This document shows, piece after piece, positions 10,233 through 18,894 of a stretch of 64,000 nucleotides of DNA. Location of the stretch: positions 66,063-130,062 of the forward strand of contig CAZEEI010000002.1 in NCBI GenBank assembly GCA_964511175.1. The letters are read 5' to 3'. Below the pieces are notes generated by a model, which saw only the letters and a program-made list of their open reading frames with translations, had not been told where the DNA came from and did not search any database. Positions within the stretch are counted from its first letter, which is position 1; every line of letters begins with the position of its first letter. The DNA is from an uncultured Pseudomonadales bacterium. GTDB taxonomy: Bacteria > Patescibacteriota > Microgenomatia > UBA1400 > UBA1396. A program made the translations under genes and the position numbers.

Positions 10233-11468
10233 ATGCGTAAGATCTGGTCTGCTTGGCTATCTGGTTTAGTAATGATCCTGCTGGTGGGTTTTGCTTTGGC
10301 AGCCACTCAGCCCGTCCTGGCCGAAGAGTCAACCAGTGCTAGTACCGAAAAACAGAGCGCCATCGACAGGCTAAATCAAGAAATTCAAGATTTACAAAAT
10401 AAAATCAAGGACGCGCAGAACGAACAGAATACTTTAGCCAGCACGATTAAGTTTTTGGATAGCAAGATTTTGTTGACCGGTAAGGAAATTGAAAAATCCG
10501 AACGGGAAATTGAATTGTTGGAAGCGGCGATCGATGATCTAGGGCAGCGTATTCAAGGGCTAGAAGTTAATCTGCACGATCTCTCTGCCGAGTTGATCGA
10601 ACGCGTCCAAGAGCAATACAAACGCAGCTCGACCGATGCCGTCTCGGTGATTTTTGCCACGACCGGTTTTACCGATTTATTTAAAGAACATAAATATCTG
10701 GTCCAACTACGGGCTCATACCCAACGGTTGCTTTTGGATACAGAGACTAAGCGCCAACAATACGATGCGGAAAAGGGTAATAAGGAGGCCAAGCAAAAGG
10801 AGGTGGAGGCCTTGCGGCGTAAGTTGGAGGCTAACCGGCGTGATTTGTTAAGTCAGCAGGCGGCCAAAAAACAATTACTAGTTGAAACCCAGAATAGTGA
10901 GGCTAAGTACCAAAGTTTGTTGGCCCAGGCCAAATCGCAATTGGCTGCTCTCCACCGCTTCGTAGTGGGTCAAGGTGGCGCCAGTATTTTGCAGAATCAA
11001 ACTAAATGTGACGATTGGGGTTGTTACTATAACCAGCGGGATTCCCAGTGGGGTAATATCAGTTTAGGCGGTTCGTCATACTCGGTGGCGGAATACGGCT
11101 GTTTGGTTAGTTCGGTAGCGATGGTAGCCACTCATTACGGCAAAAATATTAAACCAGCCGACATTGCGGTAATATCTGCGGCTTTTGTACCAGGGTACGG
11201 TTGGCTTTATCATTCGTTTGCGGTTAACGGTACACAAGTTAACCTAACTAGTGCTTCCCGTAGTCTGCTGGATAACGAACTAGCGGCTGGGCGGCCGGTG
11301 ATCGCCGGTTTATACTCTGGTCCGGATCACTTTATCGTTATTGTGCGCAAAGAAGGGGATAACTACATCATGCATGACCCCTTTTTAGAGAATGGCAGTT
11401 ATCGATCGCTGACCGACAAATACAATGTCGCCGACATTCGCAGTTTGCGCCTAGTACGGTTCAATTAG
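10233..11468 (+). CDS. secreted coiled-coil protein with C-terminal C39-like peptidase (putative FtsEX-activated wall hydrolase)
   Basis: signal peptide; PcsB/CwlO-like coiled coil; YNQRDSQW...GCLVSSVAM...HFIVI...HDP. Confidence 0.85.
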   Translation: MRKIWSAWLSGLVMILLVGFALAATQPVLAEESTSASTEKQSAIDRLNQEIQDLQNKIKDAQNEQNTLASTIKFLDSKILLTGKEIEKSEREIELLEAAIDDLGQRIQGLEVNLHDLSAELIERVQEQYKRSSTDAVSVIFATTGFTDLFKEHKYLVQLRAHTQRLLLDTETKRQQYDAEKGNKEAKQKEVEALRRKLEANRRDLLSQQAAKKQLLVETQNSEAKYQSLLAQAKSQLAALHRFVVGQGGASILQNQTKCDDWGCYYNQRDSQWGNISLGGSSYSVAEYGCLVSSVAMVATHYGKNIKPADIAVISAAFVPGYGWLYHSFAVNGTQVNLTSASRSLLDNELAAGRPVIAGLYSGPDHFIVIVRKEGDNYIMHDPFLENGSYRSLTDKYNVADIRSLRLVRFN

Positions 11469-11506
11469 TCAGTATTTGGTCACTTTTACCCCCTATCGTA
11501 TAAAGA

Positions 11507-12370
11507 GTGCGAAGCTACGGGTGGTGGTTGGCCGGTTTGGTTTTCTTTGGTCTAGCGGGGCGGGTTTGGGCCGCCGAATTGCACCTGCGGGCAATCTATC
11601 CCAATCCGCCGGGTAACGATACCGGCGAATGGCTGGCTGTAGAAAATAACGGTACAGCTTCCGTGGCCGCCGGTTTGGCTAGTTTGCGCGATAAATTCGG
11701 GTCGACTAAAACCTACCTCTTACCAGCTCTTTCGGCCCAGGAATTAAAAATTATTACCGCCAGCGAATCCGGCATTACTCTCAACAATACCCGCGAGGCG
11801 GTGGAACTGCTGAAGCAAAACGTAGTGATTGATGCCTCACCGGAGTTTGTGGCTAGCCAAGAAGGAATGGTATTTATCCAGTTAAACGAAGGCTGGCGGG
11901 AAATTAGTTTGGCCGAGTATTTGGAGAGACAATTGAATCGCAACTGGTCAACTGTCGCGGTAACAGAAGATGATGATAGTACGGAACCGGATACCACAAC
12001 AGCCACAGTCAGCGCTACTTTTACTCCTTTACCCTGGGCAACACTCATTGCACCGGCACCTGACCGTGCGGCAAAACAAGTTGAACTTTCGTCGGATTTG
12101 CCAACTCAGGCCAGCCCTGCGCCGCTGCCTTATCGTGTCCCGCATTTGTTTACCGGTTCGCCTGCCCGTGCTTCACCAGCCGGAGAGTTAAACTGGCCTT
12201 TGCCGCCGGAGCCGGATTATGATGCCGAAATGCAGGTTTTCCTTGATTGGAAACGACGTGCTCTGTTTGGTTCACTGGCTTTGGTTTGGGGTGGTCTATG
12301 TTGGTTGCTACTGGTGATACCGCCGCCGCCAGTCCTGTGGCACTGGTTGCGGGATGAACTTTTACTGTAG
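11507..12370 (+). CDS. lamin-tail-domain surface protein with C-terminal TM
   Basis: IYPNPPGNDTGEWLAVEN and LNNT LTD motifs; Thr/Pro-rich linker. Confidence 0.7.
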   Translation: MRSYGWWLAGLVFFGLAGRVWAAELHLRAIYPNPPGNDTGEWLAVENNGTASVAAGLASLRDKFGSTKTYLLPALSAQELKIITASESGITLNNTREAVELLKQNVVIDASPEFVASQEGMVFIQLNEGWREISLAEYLERQLNRNWSTVAVTEDDDSTEPDTTTATVSATFTPLPWATLIAPAPDRAAKQVELSSDLPTQASPAPLPYRVPHLFTGSPARASPAGELNWPLPPEPDYDAEMQVFLDWKRRALFGSLALVWGGLCWLLLVIPPPPVLWHWLRDELLL

Positions 12371-12379
12371 GATAAACAA

Positions 12380-12772
12380 GTGTCTAGTTGGCAGAAATGG
12401 TTTTCTTTTGGACCGGCGGCGGCGTGGTACGCCTTCATTTTTTGGCTTTCCAGCCAGCCCAAACTGCCTGGTCCTGAAAATACTTTAGCGCAATTGTTAT
12501 GGTTTAAAACCGCCCACCTGATTTTTTACGCCATTCTCACTTGTTTATTAATTTGGGCCCTGCGACAGACAATGCACTGGCGAGCCGCCACTTACCGCTG
12601 GTTACTGTTGCTGGCTTTTTGGTTAGTGGTATTCCCGGCTGGACTAGACGAGCTTCACCAGGGTTTAGTGCCGGGGCGCCATATGCGTTGGCGAGACATA
12701 GTAGTTGACGCATCGGCAGCTGCGGCTGTAATCCTGGTATTCTCGCGGTATAATCGCCCTGGTAAGCCTTAA
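12380..12772 (+). CDS. VanZ family membrane protein
   Basis: IFWLSSQP, KTAHLIFYAIL, DELHQGLVPGR...D. Confidence 0.9.
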   Translation: MSSWQKWFSFGPAAAWYAFIFWLSSQPKLPGPENTLAQLLWFKTAHLIFYAILTCLLIWALRQTMHWRAATYRWLLLLAFWLVVFPAGLDELHQGLVPGRHMRWRDIVVDASAAAAVILVFSRYNRPGKP

Positions 12773-12774
12773 TT

Positions 12775-12852
12775 CGGGATGTAGCTCAGATGGCTTAGAG
12801 CGCACGCATGGGGTGCGTGAGGTCGCTGGTTCGAGTCCAGTCATCCCGACCA
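12775..12852 (+). tRNA. tRNA-Pro(GGG), CCA encoded
   Basis: CGGGATG/CATCCCG acceptor stem, anticodon loop ATGGGGT, GGTTCGAGTCC; TATAAT at 12749. Confidence 0.97.
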
Positions 12853-12991
12853 TAAGCAGCCGTTCAAAAACGGTCACCTGTTTTCTGTGGAATTATAAGA
12901 GAGGTTGTTTTATCAGTAACTATTTTGCAAACTTGGACATACTCTTCTTATCGGTTTAGAATCTACTCAGTACAAAATTAACGGAGGTACG

Positions 12992-13201
12992 ATGTCTGAA
13001 ACTCAACCAAAGGTGTTGAGCGACCAGGACACAACGCGCAATGTCCAATTCTATGACAACCTCATGCCCATGTTGCCTGAAGATGGGGTTACCCGATATT
13101 TAGTCAAAGATGGTGAAAGACACGAGCTTTCTGAGCTCAATAGGGTCGACTGGTTGATTCTCAACGCCCTGTTTCCACAAGGTCCTCAAGTACTGTCCTA
13201 A
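12992..13201 (+). CDS. small hypothetical protein
   Basis: TAGAAT promoter-like box and GGAGG SD upstream; 69 aa. Confidence 0.6.
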   Translation: MSETQPKVLSDQDTTRNVQFYDNLMPMLPEDGVTRYLVKDGERHELSELNRVDWLILNALFPQGPQVLS

Positions 13202-13237
13202 ACCAATAGCCAACAAATTAGGAAGAAACCATCGACC

Positions 13238-14002
13238 ATGGGTATAAAAATTGTCTGTTTAAACTTATGGAATGGTGGCTTTCTCTTTGAGTCAATGGTG
13301 GAGTACCTACAAAGAGAAAAAGCCGATATTTATTTACTGCAAGAAGTTTTTAATGGGACTGATCCTCATTTACCGCCGCAACATAGGACATTCACCGAGC
13401 TTCAGCAGCAACTTGATTTACCCCACGGACATTTTGCACCATGCTTTAATGAAAATATTAATGGAGCTGTCATTGTTCAAGGTAACGCAATTTTTAGTAG
13501 ATTTCCCCTACAAGAAGTTTCGGTAACGTTCTATGATGTTCCGTTTGGAGCACGCGACAATACCAGAGAAGCATTTCCCTTTTCGCCGCGCAATCTGCAG
13601 CACGTCAAAACCGCAGTTGGTTCTCACGAACTCCATTTATTGAACACACAAGGGATTTGGGGTGAAGATGGTCAGGATTCACCAAGACGCTTGAATATGG
13701 CGACATACATCATACGAGAGATAGATGGTTGTACGCCATTAGTTTTAGCCGGGGATTTCAATGTACAGCCGGAAACTCAAGCCATTGCCTTGATTGAAAG
13801 TAAGCTACACAACGTATTCAAAGGTGAATTGGACACATCATTCAACCTTAAGCGGAAAGATCTGGTTAGGGATCCAGGCTTTACTTCGGCCGTGGTGGAT
13901 ATGTTTTTTATAACTCCTGACTTGAAAGTAACTAAGCAGGTTTGTCCTAAAGTTGACGTATCCGATCACTACCCCTTAGTGGTGGAACTAGACATCGGCT
14001 AG
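13238..14002 (+). CDS. endonuclease/exonuclease/phosphatase (EEP) family protein
   Basis: LNLW, LLQEV, GNAIFSRFP, LAGDFN, VDMFF, SDHYP. Confidence 0.93.
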   Translation: MGIKIVCLNLWNGGFLFESMVEYLQREKADIYLLQEVFNGTDPHLPPQHRTFTELQQQLDLPHGHFAPCFNENINGAVIVQGNAIFSRFPLQEVSVTFYDVPFGARDNTREAFPFSPRNLQHVKTAVGSHELHLLNTQGIWGEDGQDSPRRLNMATYIIREIDGCTPLVLAGDFNVQPETQAIALIESKLHNVFKGELDTSFNLKRKDLVRDPGFTSAVVDMFFITPDLKVTKQVCPKVDVSDHYPLVVELDIG

Positions 14003-14071
14003 TTTAAGTATCATCCTTGGTTGTGCTATAGTTTTAGATATAGATATAACAAAATATCTAGAAAGGGCGTT

Positions 14072-14398
14072 ATGCCAATAGGTTGGGGTAGAAAAAAAGA
14101 ACACCAAGCAGCAGTTCCAGAAGTTCTTAGTGTCGATGCCCGAGCGCAGGCATTGCTTGATCAGTCAGTGCCTGAGGGACAGCGGTGGTATACAGCCTTT
14201 TTTAAAGTAGTGCTGATAGTTGAGGGCGCCGTACTCAGGGTTGGACCCGTTCCAATTACCGTTCAATCGGTTGAGCTTGATAAGTTAGGCGGTATTATCC
14301 ACACAGTGGATGGTGTTGAGGTGGCTTTTCGTTATGCCGGCGGCGATAAGAGTTTTGTCAAAGTGCATTGTTTGCAAGACCAAAATCGTCAGAGATAG
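14072..14398 (+). CDS. hypothetical protein
   Basis: AAAGGG SD-like sequence before ATG 14072 (MPIGWGR). Confidence 0.6.
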   Translation: MPIGWGRKKEHQAAVPEVLSVDARAQALLDQSVPEGQRWYTAFFKVVLIVEGAVLRVGPVPITVQSVELDKLGGIIHTVDGVEVAFRYAGGDKSFVKVHCLQDQNRQR

Positions 14399-14419
14399 CC
14401 AAGATGGGGCTTAGAGCGC
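14396..14419 (+). repeat. degenerate direct copy of the tRNA-Pro D-arm
   Basis: TAGCcaAGATGGggCTTAGAGCGC versus tRNA TAGCtcAGATGG--CTTAGAGCGC; 12-bp exact core. Confidence 0.55.
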
Positions 14420-14470
14420 CGGGTGTTGTTTTGTATTCATCATTGATACCGAATGATACAATAGGAGCCT

Positions 14471-14851
14471 ATGCCACGAAAAATAGAAGTACCTCAACCC
14501 CTTGACGATTCAATGTCCTTGCCGGATGCCATGCGTGCTTTGGGTTGGTTTGATGCCAGTAAACCGACAATTAATAATTTGTACTCGATTCATCGACATA
14601 TTAACAATCTTTTGAGTTTTATAGATACTTTGCCGGCCAGTGTGGTTACCATCCAAAAATCAATAGATATGCTTTCGGTTTTGGTCATTATTTTGAACAA
14701 ACACTTAAGCTCAATGCCTCCGATTATTAAATCGACAACTATAGAATTAGGTGTTCGCAACAAGATTGAGGAAGCAATTGGGGCTCTTTCCTTTTACCAG
14801 CGCGGTTTTGCGCGGGCGGCTAGTTTATCCGGGGATAAATCGGTAAGATAA
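14471..14851 (+). CDS. hypothetical helical protein, paralog of 15741-16091
   Basis: TGA-TACAAT and AGGAG upstream; PLDDSMSLPDAMRALGWFD. Confidence 0.75.
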   Translation: MPRKIEVPQPLDDSMSLPDAMRALGWFDASKPTINNLYSIHRHINNLLSFIDTLPASVVTIQKSIDMLSVLVIILNKHLSSMPPIIKSTTIELGVRNKIEEAIGALSFYQRGFARAASLSGDKSVR

Positions 14852-14855
14852 AAAA

Positions 14856-15713
14856 ATGTCAACGGAATTGCTGCGTTACCCCGAACATCTCCGTCAATCT
14901 CTAAAATTAGATGGACTAGAACTTGCCAATTTTAATTTTTCGTTAGGATTGAGAGAAATTTTGCAAAAACGCGGTATCAGCGCCCTACCCTTGATTTATT
15001 TGGGTGCCGGCGGCGATTGGTGGACAGCAGCGCTGATTTCGGGCTCATCGCATCTTGTTTTAGTTGATTCGCATCCGTTTTTGAGCAAAGGAGACGTTGA
15101 AGACGGACTTTTTGCCAGTCTAGACGAATTGTTTAGGGCGGTTAATCCAGAGCGTGAACGTTTGGGTGCCACGCGGGCAGGGAAAGATGTGCAACCGGCT
15201 GTGCAGATGGTGGCTAATTTATTCAGGATCGGCATCGGTCGAAATAATATTCGTATCACTACCAATGACGGCCGGGATGCTCGCGTCAAAATTAAACTAG
15301 GTAAGCAGGAAATGCGGGTAGATTTTTGTTCCCGAATCGTTAAGAGTGCGGCTGAGCTTGGGATTCTACTGCATGATCAGGATATCGATGGCGAATACGG
15401 CATAATGGCTAAGGGGGGAGCCGACCGCGCTTTAACCACGATTATTAATCAATTAAGTCAGCAACCCGATTTTCAACCCCTCTATTTTGTGGTGGATGAC
15501 CCGCGATCCATGGCAGGAAAAACTTTGACGGTGGCCGAAGAGGCAAAGTTGTTTTCGGGATATGATTTGCAGGAGAGGAAGTCTGATCAAGAAACTGGCT
15601 GGGGTTATTCCTGGAATGAAGAACCGGGTGGCCAGGCTGGACCGGCAGCCAATGAGTTTGATTACCGTACGCGGGCTGTGGTGGGGATTCGCCGGCCTAA
15701 TTTACCTTACTAA
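14856..15713 (+). CDS. hypothetical protein, possible divergent class I SAM-dependent methyltransferase fold
   Basis: LIYLGAGGD (motif I-like) followed by HLVLVD (acidic beta2 end). Confidence 0.5.
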   Translation: MSTELLRYPEHLRQSLKLDGLELANFNFSLGLREILQKRGISALPLIYLGAGGDWWTAALISGSSHLVLVDSHPFLSKGDVEDGLFASLDELFRAVNPERERLGATRAGKDVQPAVQMVANLFRIGIGRNNIRITTNDGRDARVKIKLGKQEMRVDFCSRIVKSAAELGILLHDQDIDGEYGIMAKGGADRALTTIINQLSQQPDFQPLYFVVDDPRSMAGKTLTVAEEAKLFSGYDLQERKSDQETGWGYSWNEEPGGQAGPAANEFDYRTRAVVGIRRPNLPY

Positions 15714-15740
15714 GCTAGTGTGATATTCTCGGCAATAGTT

Positions 15741-16091
15741 ATGGCTACAAAAGAAGGATATTTACCTATTGATCGATCTATGTCGCTAGAGACGGCTTTG
15801 TCCGTGCTTGGCTTGTTTGATTCAAAACAAGGGTTGTTCGTGGTTGATGCCACCATGGAAGCACTAATCGAGCAAACGAGTCGATTTTTGCGTGCTAGAA
15901 CAACTGATTTGGCTCGACTGCATATTGATGATCTTTATGTATTAAGGGACATTTTGAGTCGAACAAAAGGGGAAGAAAAGCGAAGCGCACCAGAGTTGGC
16001 TCATATCCGGGATGCCTATATCACCGTTAACACTTATCTTCGGGGTTTAGTCGATGGCCGCTTGTTTCAGAGCAAAGAGATGGTGCGCTAG
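15741..16091 (+). CDS. hypothetical helical protein, paralog of 14471-14851
   Basis: TGA-TATTCT upstream; PIDRSMSLETALSVLGLFD. Confidence 0.75.
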   Translation: MATKEGYLPIDRSMSLETALSVLGLFDSKQGLFVVDATMEALIEQTSRFLRARTTDLARLHIDDLYVLRDILSRTKGEEKRSAPELAHIRDAYITVNTYLRGLVDGRLFQSKEMVR

Positions 16092-16096
16092 AAGCT

Positions 16097-17365
16097 CTAA
16101 GCCACGCCCCGCAATAGCATCGCCTCAATAACGCGTTTCACGCCCAAAACATATGCCGCCTGTCGGTAGGAAAGTGAACGTTGCTCTGCCAGCTGGGCAA
16201 TCGCCTGCCAGGCGGTGAGTTGATGTTCCTGCAGTTCGGTTTGCACGCGCTCCAGTGTCCAACGGTAGCCATGCAGGTTTTGCACCCACTCAAAATAACT
16301 AACTGTGACACCACCAGCGTTACAGAGCACGTCAGGAAGCACGTCAATATGACGTTTTTGTAGCGCCTCATCTGCTTCTGGTGTGGTGGGTCCGTTAGCC
16401 ATTTCTAAGATGGTTTTGGCTTGAATCTGCTCCACATTATCAGCATGAATAGTGTTTTCCAACGCCGCCGGCACCAGGATGTCGACCGGTAGAGCCAATA
16501 ATTTTTGGTTGGTGATATATTCCCAGCCCAATTCTTGTGCCGCTTTTTCCAGAGAGCCGAGCCGCTGTTTGGCCTCAATCGCCATGGTGGGGTTAAGGCC
16601 AGTGGCGAGGTAAACGGCGCCGCGGGAATCAGAGAGAGCTACAATTTTGAAACCGCGCTGGTAGGCAAACTCAGCAAACCAGGAACCAACGTTACCCATG
16701 CCTTGGATCGCTACACTGGTTGAACTTGGTTCGAGCTTTTTTGATCGCGCGTAGGCTTCTAGGATATGAACACCACCTTGGCCGGTAGCCTCAGTGCGGC
16801 CCAGTGAACCACCAAGCTCAATAGGTTTGCCAGTAAATGTGGCTGGAGCCAACTGGCCAATAGTTTTTTCGTAAGCATCCAGCATCCAGGCCATAATTTG
16901 ACCATTAGTGTTAACATCTGGGGCAGGTACATCTTGCCATGGCCCGATATGAGGTGCCAACCATTGAGCGTAGGCCTGAGCCAAACGCTGGAGTTCAGTG
17001 CGGGACAAAGTATGAGGATCAACCGCAATTCCTCCTTTAGAGCCACCAAAGGGAATGTCGGCAATGGCGCACTTCCAGGTCATCCACATGGAAAGGGCTT
17101 GTACTTCTTCCACCGATACTTGAGGGTGAAAACGTAAACCACCTTTATACGGGCCGCGGGCCGCGTTATGTTGGCTGCGGTAAGCTGGGAAAGTAGCAGT
17201 TTCACCATTATCCAGTTTGATGGTTAATTGCTCCGACCAAAGGTGTTCTGGTTTTTGTAAAAGAGCAACAGCCTGACGGAATCGTTCCTGGTCGGCAAAC
17301 TCACTCGCCAGAAGAGGGACGATAGCGCTAAGCTGCTGTTGGGCGACAGCGAGCGGCGAATCCAT
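16097..17365 (-). CDS. gdhA: glutamate dehydrogenase (Glu/Leu/Phe/Val family)
   Basis: RGPYKGGLRFHP, GGSKGG, DVPAPDV, GRTEATGQG, NAGGVTVSYFEWVQN. Confidence 0.96.
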   Translation of the reverse strand: MDSPLAVAQQQLSAIVPLLASEFADQERFRQAVALLQKPEHLWSEQLTIKLDNGETATFPAYRSQHNAARGPYKGGLRFHPQVSVEEVQALSMWMTWKCAIADIPFGGSKGGIAVDPHTLSRTELQRLAQAYAQWLAPHIGPWQDVPAPDVNTNGQIMAWMLDAYEKTIGQLAPATFTGKPIELGGSLGRTEATGQGGVHILEAYARSKKLEPSSTSVAIQGMGNVGSWFAEFAYQRGFKIVALSDSRGAVYLATGLNPTMAIEAKQRLGSLEKAAQELGWEYITNQKLLALPVDILVPAALENTIHADNVEQIQAKTILEMANGPTTPEADEALQKRHIDVLPDVLCNAGGVTVSYFEWVQNLHGYRWTLERVQTELQEHQLTAWQAIAQLAEQRSLSYRQAAYVLGVKRVIEAMLLRGVA

Positions 17366-17410
17366 GATTCCTTTCTATATTTTTAACGAAAATCATCATA
17401 GCATGTATAT

Positions 17411-18451
17411 GTGTTAACAAACGACTTAACTTTAATCGATGCGGCTTGGTGGGTGGGCGGGAACCGACGCCGTGGTATCGGTAAATACTTGGCTTATTTC
17501 TTTGAATATGTCTTTCCAGTTAAAGCGGCGGCGCGGGTTTGGTTGTTTCCGGCGACGGTTCCCGCCCGCGAGATAGCTGACTTTACGGCGCGTTTTGGCG
17601 GTAAAGCTGAGATTATCAACACTGCTGATTCGGCCGAACAACAGGCTCAGTGGCTCACTGAACTAATCGAACGTTATTCAGTTAAACGAGTTCTATTTAG
17701 CTCGCCGTTTGAGCGGCCTTGGTCATTGCTAGACCACGTCCCACTATTTATTGCCCACAAAATCCCTACACAGGCGATTGTTTTTGATCTTTTGCCGCTA
17801 CAGTTTACCAAAGAAATCTTGGCCACTTGGCCTCTAGCCGAACAGAAGATCTACCGCACGCGCGCCAGTCACTTGCGGTTGCTAGACGCCTATTGGGCCA
17901 TCTCACCCCAAACTGCCCATTCTCTGGAACGTTTGCTGGCGGTGGCAGCGGACCGAATTCAAATTTTGAAGTTTGGTTTAACGACTGCTTGGTTAAAGCC
18001 GCCGCCCCGCGGTACACCGCCAACCTGGCCGCATCCGGAAAAAAAAGCTGCTTTAACTATTTCCGGCGGTGAGTGGCGCAAAAATTTAGCCGGAACTTTA
18101 GCCTATTTTGCCCGCAAACTAATGAACAGCCACGATTTAGCGATTATCTGCCGTCTAAGTTTACGCGAACATTTTCGTTTGCGCCGGCAGACTTTGCAGT
18201 CGGATTCTTATAACGCCGTACGTTTTTTGGGCGAAGTAAACGAGCGGGACAAATGGCGCTACTTGTACAGTACTGATATCTTTCTGTTTTTGTCTTTAGC
18301 CGAAGGTTTGGGGATTCCATTACTAGAGGCGCGCGCCGCTGGTGTGCCTCGTGTGATCATTAGTCAGGAATTATATGACCAGGGATTTCACAAACTAGTA
18401 CCAGGTTGTGAGGTGGTAAAAACTACACCAACTCGCGGATCAATTGGTTAA
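17411..18451 (+). CDS. glycosyltransferase family 4
   Basis: RGIGKY, FDLLPL, RKN, EGLGIPLLEA (EX7E). Confidence 0.85.
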   Translation: MLTNDLTLIDAAWWVGGNRRRGIGKYLAYFFEYVFPVKAAARVWLFPATVPAREIADFTARFGGKAEIINTADSAEQQAQWLTELIERYSVKRVLFSSPFERPWSLLDHVPLFIAHKIPTQAIVFDLLPLQFTKEILATWPLAEQKIYRTRASHLRLLDAYWAISPQTAHSLERLLAVAADRIQILKFGLTTAWLKPPPRGTPPTWPHPEKKAALTISGGEWRKNLAGTLAYFARKLMNSHDLAIICRLSLREHFRLRRQTLQSDSYNAVRFLGEVNERDKWRYLYSTDIFLFLSLAEGLGIPLLEARAAGVPRVIISQELYDQGFHKLVPGCEVVKTTPTRGSIG

Positions 18452-18860
18452 CCCGACCGCCATCCGCGCGACCCGCGGCTTGTTGCATAACTTTGCCGGT
18501 GAGTGGTCCAGGCTGGATGTTCGGATTTTCACCTTTGATTTGGGTGATTAAAGCCTTAAGCTCATCATCGCTGAGAGCTGGCGGCAGATAACCGCGCATT
18601 AGGGCTAATTTTTCCGTTTCTTCTTCAACTAAATCGGCTCGGCCACCTGCCGCGTATTGTTCGATGGCTTCTTCGGTGTTTTTGACGACCCGTTTCACCA
18701 CCTGCTGAAATTCGGCAGTAGTGAGCGGTGCGTGATCAGGCTTATCGATTTGAAAGTTCTTAACCTGAGCCAAGAGGTAACGTACGGCTTCCAAACCGCG
18801 CTTATTGCCGCTACGGAGCGCTTTTTTGAGGTCTTCGGTAAGAGTAGCGGTGACGTCCAT
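18423..18860 (-). CDS. GatB/YqeY domain protein
   Basis: DLKKALRSG, IEQYAAGGRADLVEEE, GKVM, GRADG. Confidence 0.93.
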   Translation of the reverse strand: MDVTATLTEDLKKALRSGNKRGLEAVRYLLAQVKNFQIDKPDHAPLTTAEFQQVVKRVVKNTEEAIEQYAAGGRADLVEEETEKLALMRGYLPPALSDDELKALITQIKGENPNIQPGPLTGKVMQQAAGRADGGRVNQLIRELV

Positions 18861-18894
18861 ATCGCCTTAGTATAGCAGATGCTATGATGAAATT

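Noticed and set aside
12665-12877. 70-aa minus-strand ORF
   Set aside because: Antisense reading of tRNA-Pro (GLEPATS artefact)
13200-13209. AAACCAATAG matching one arm of the prfB-upstream palindrome
   Set aside because: A 10-bp AT-rich match is expected by chance in 64 kb
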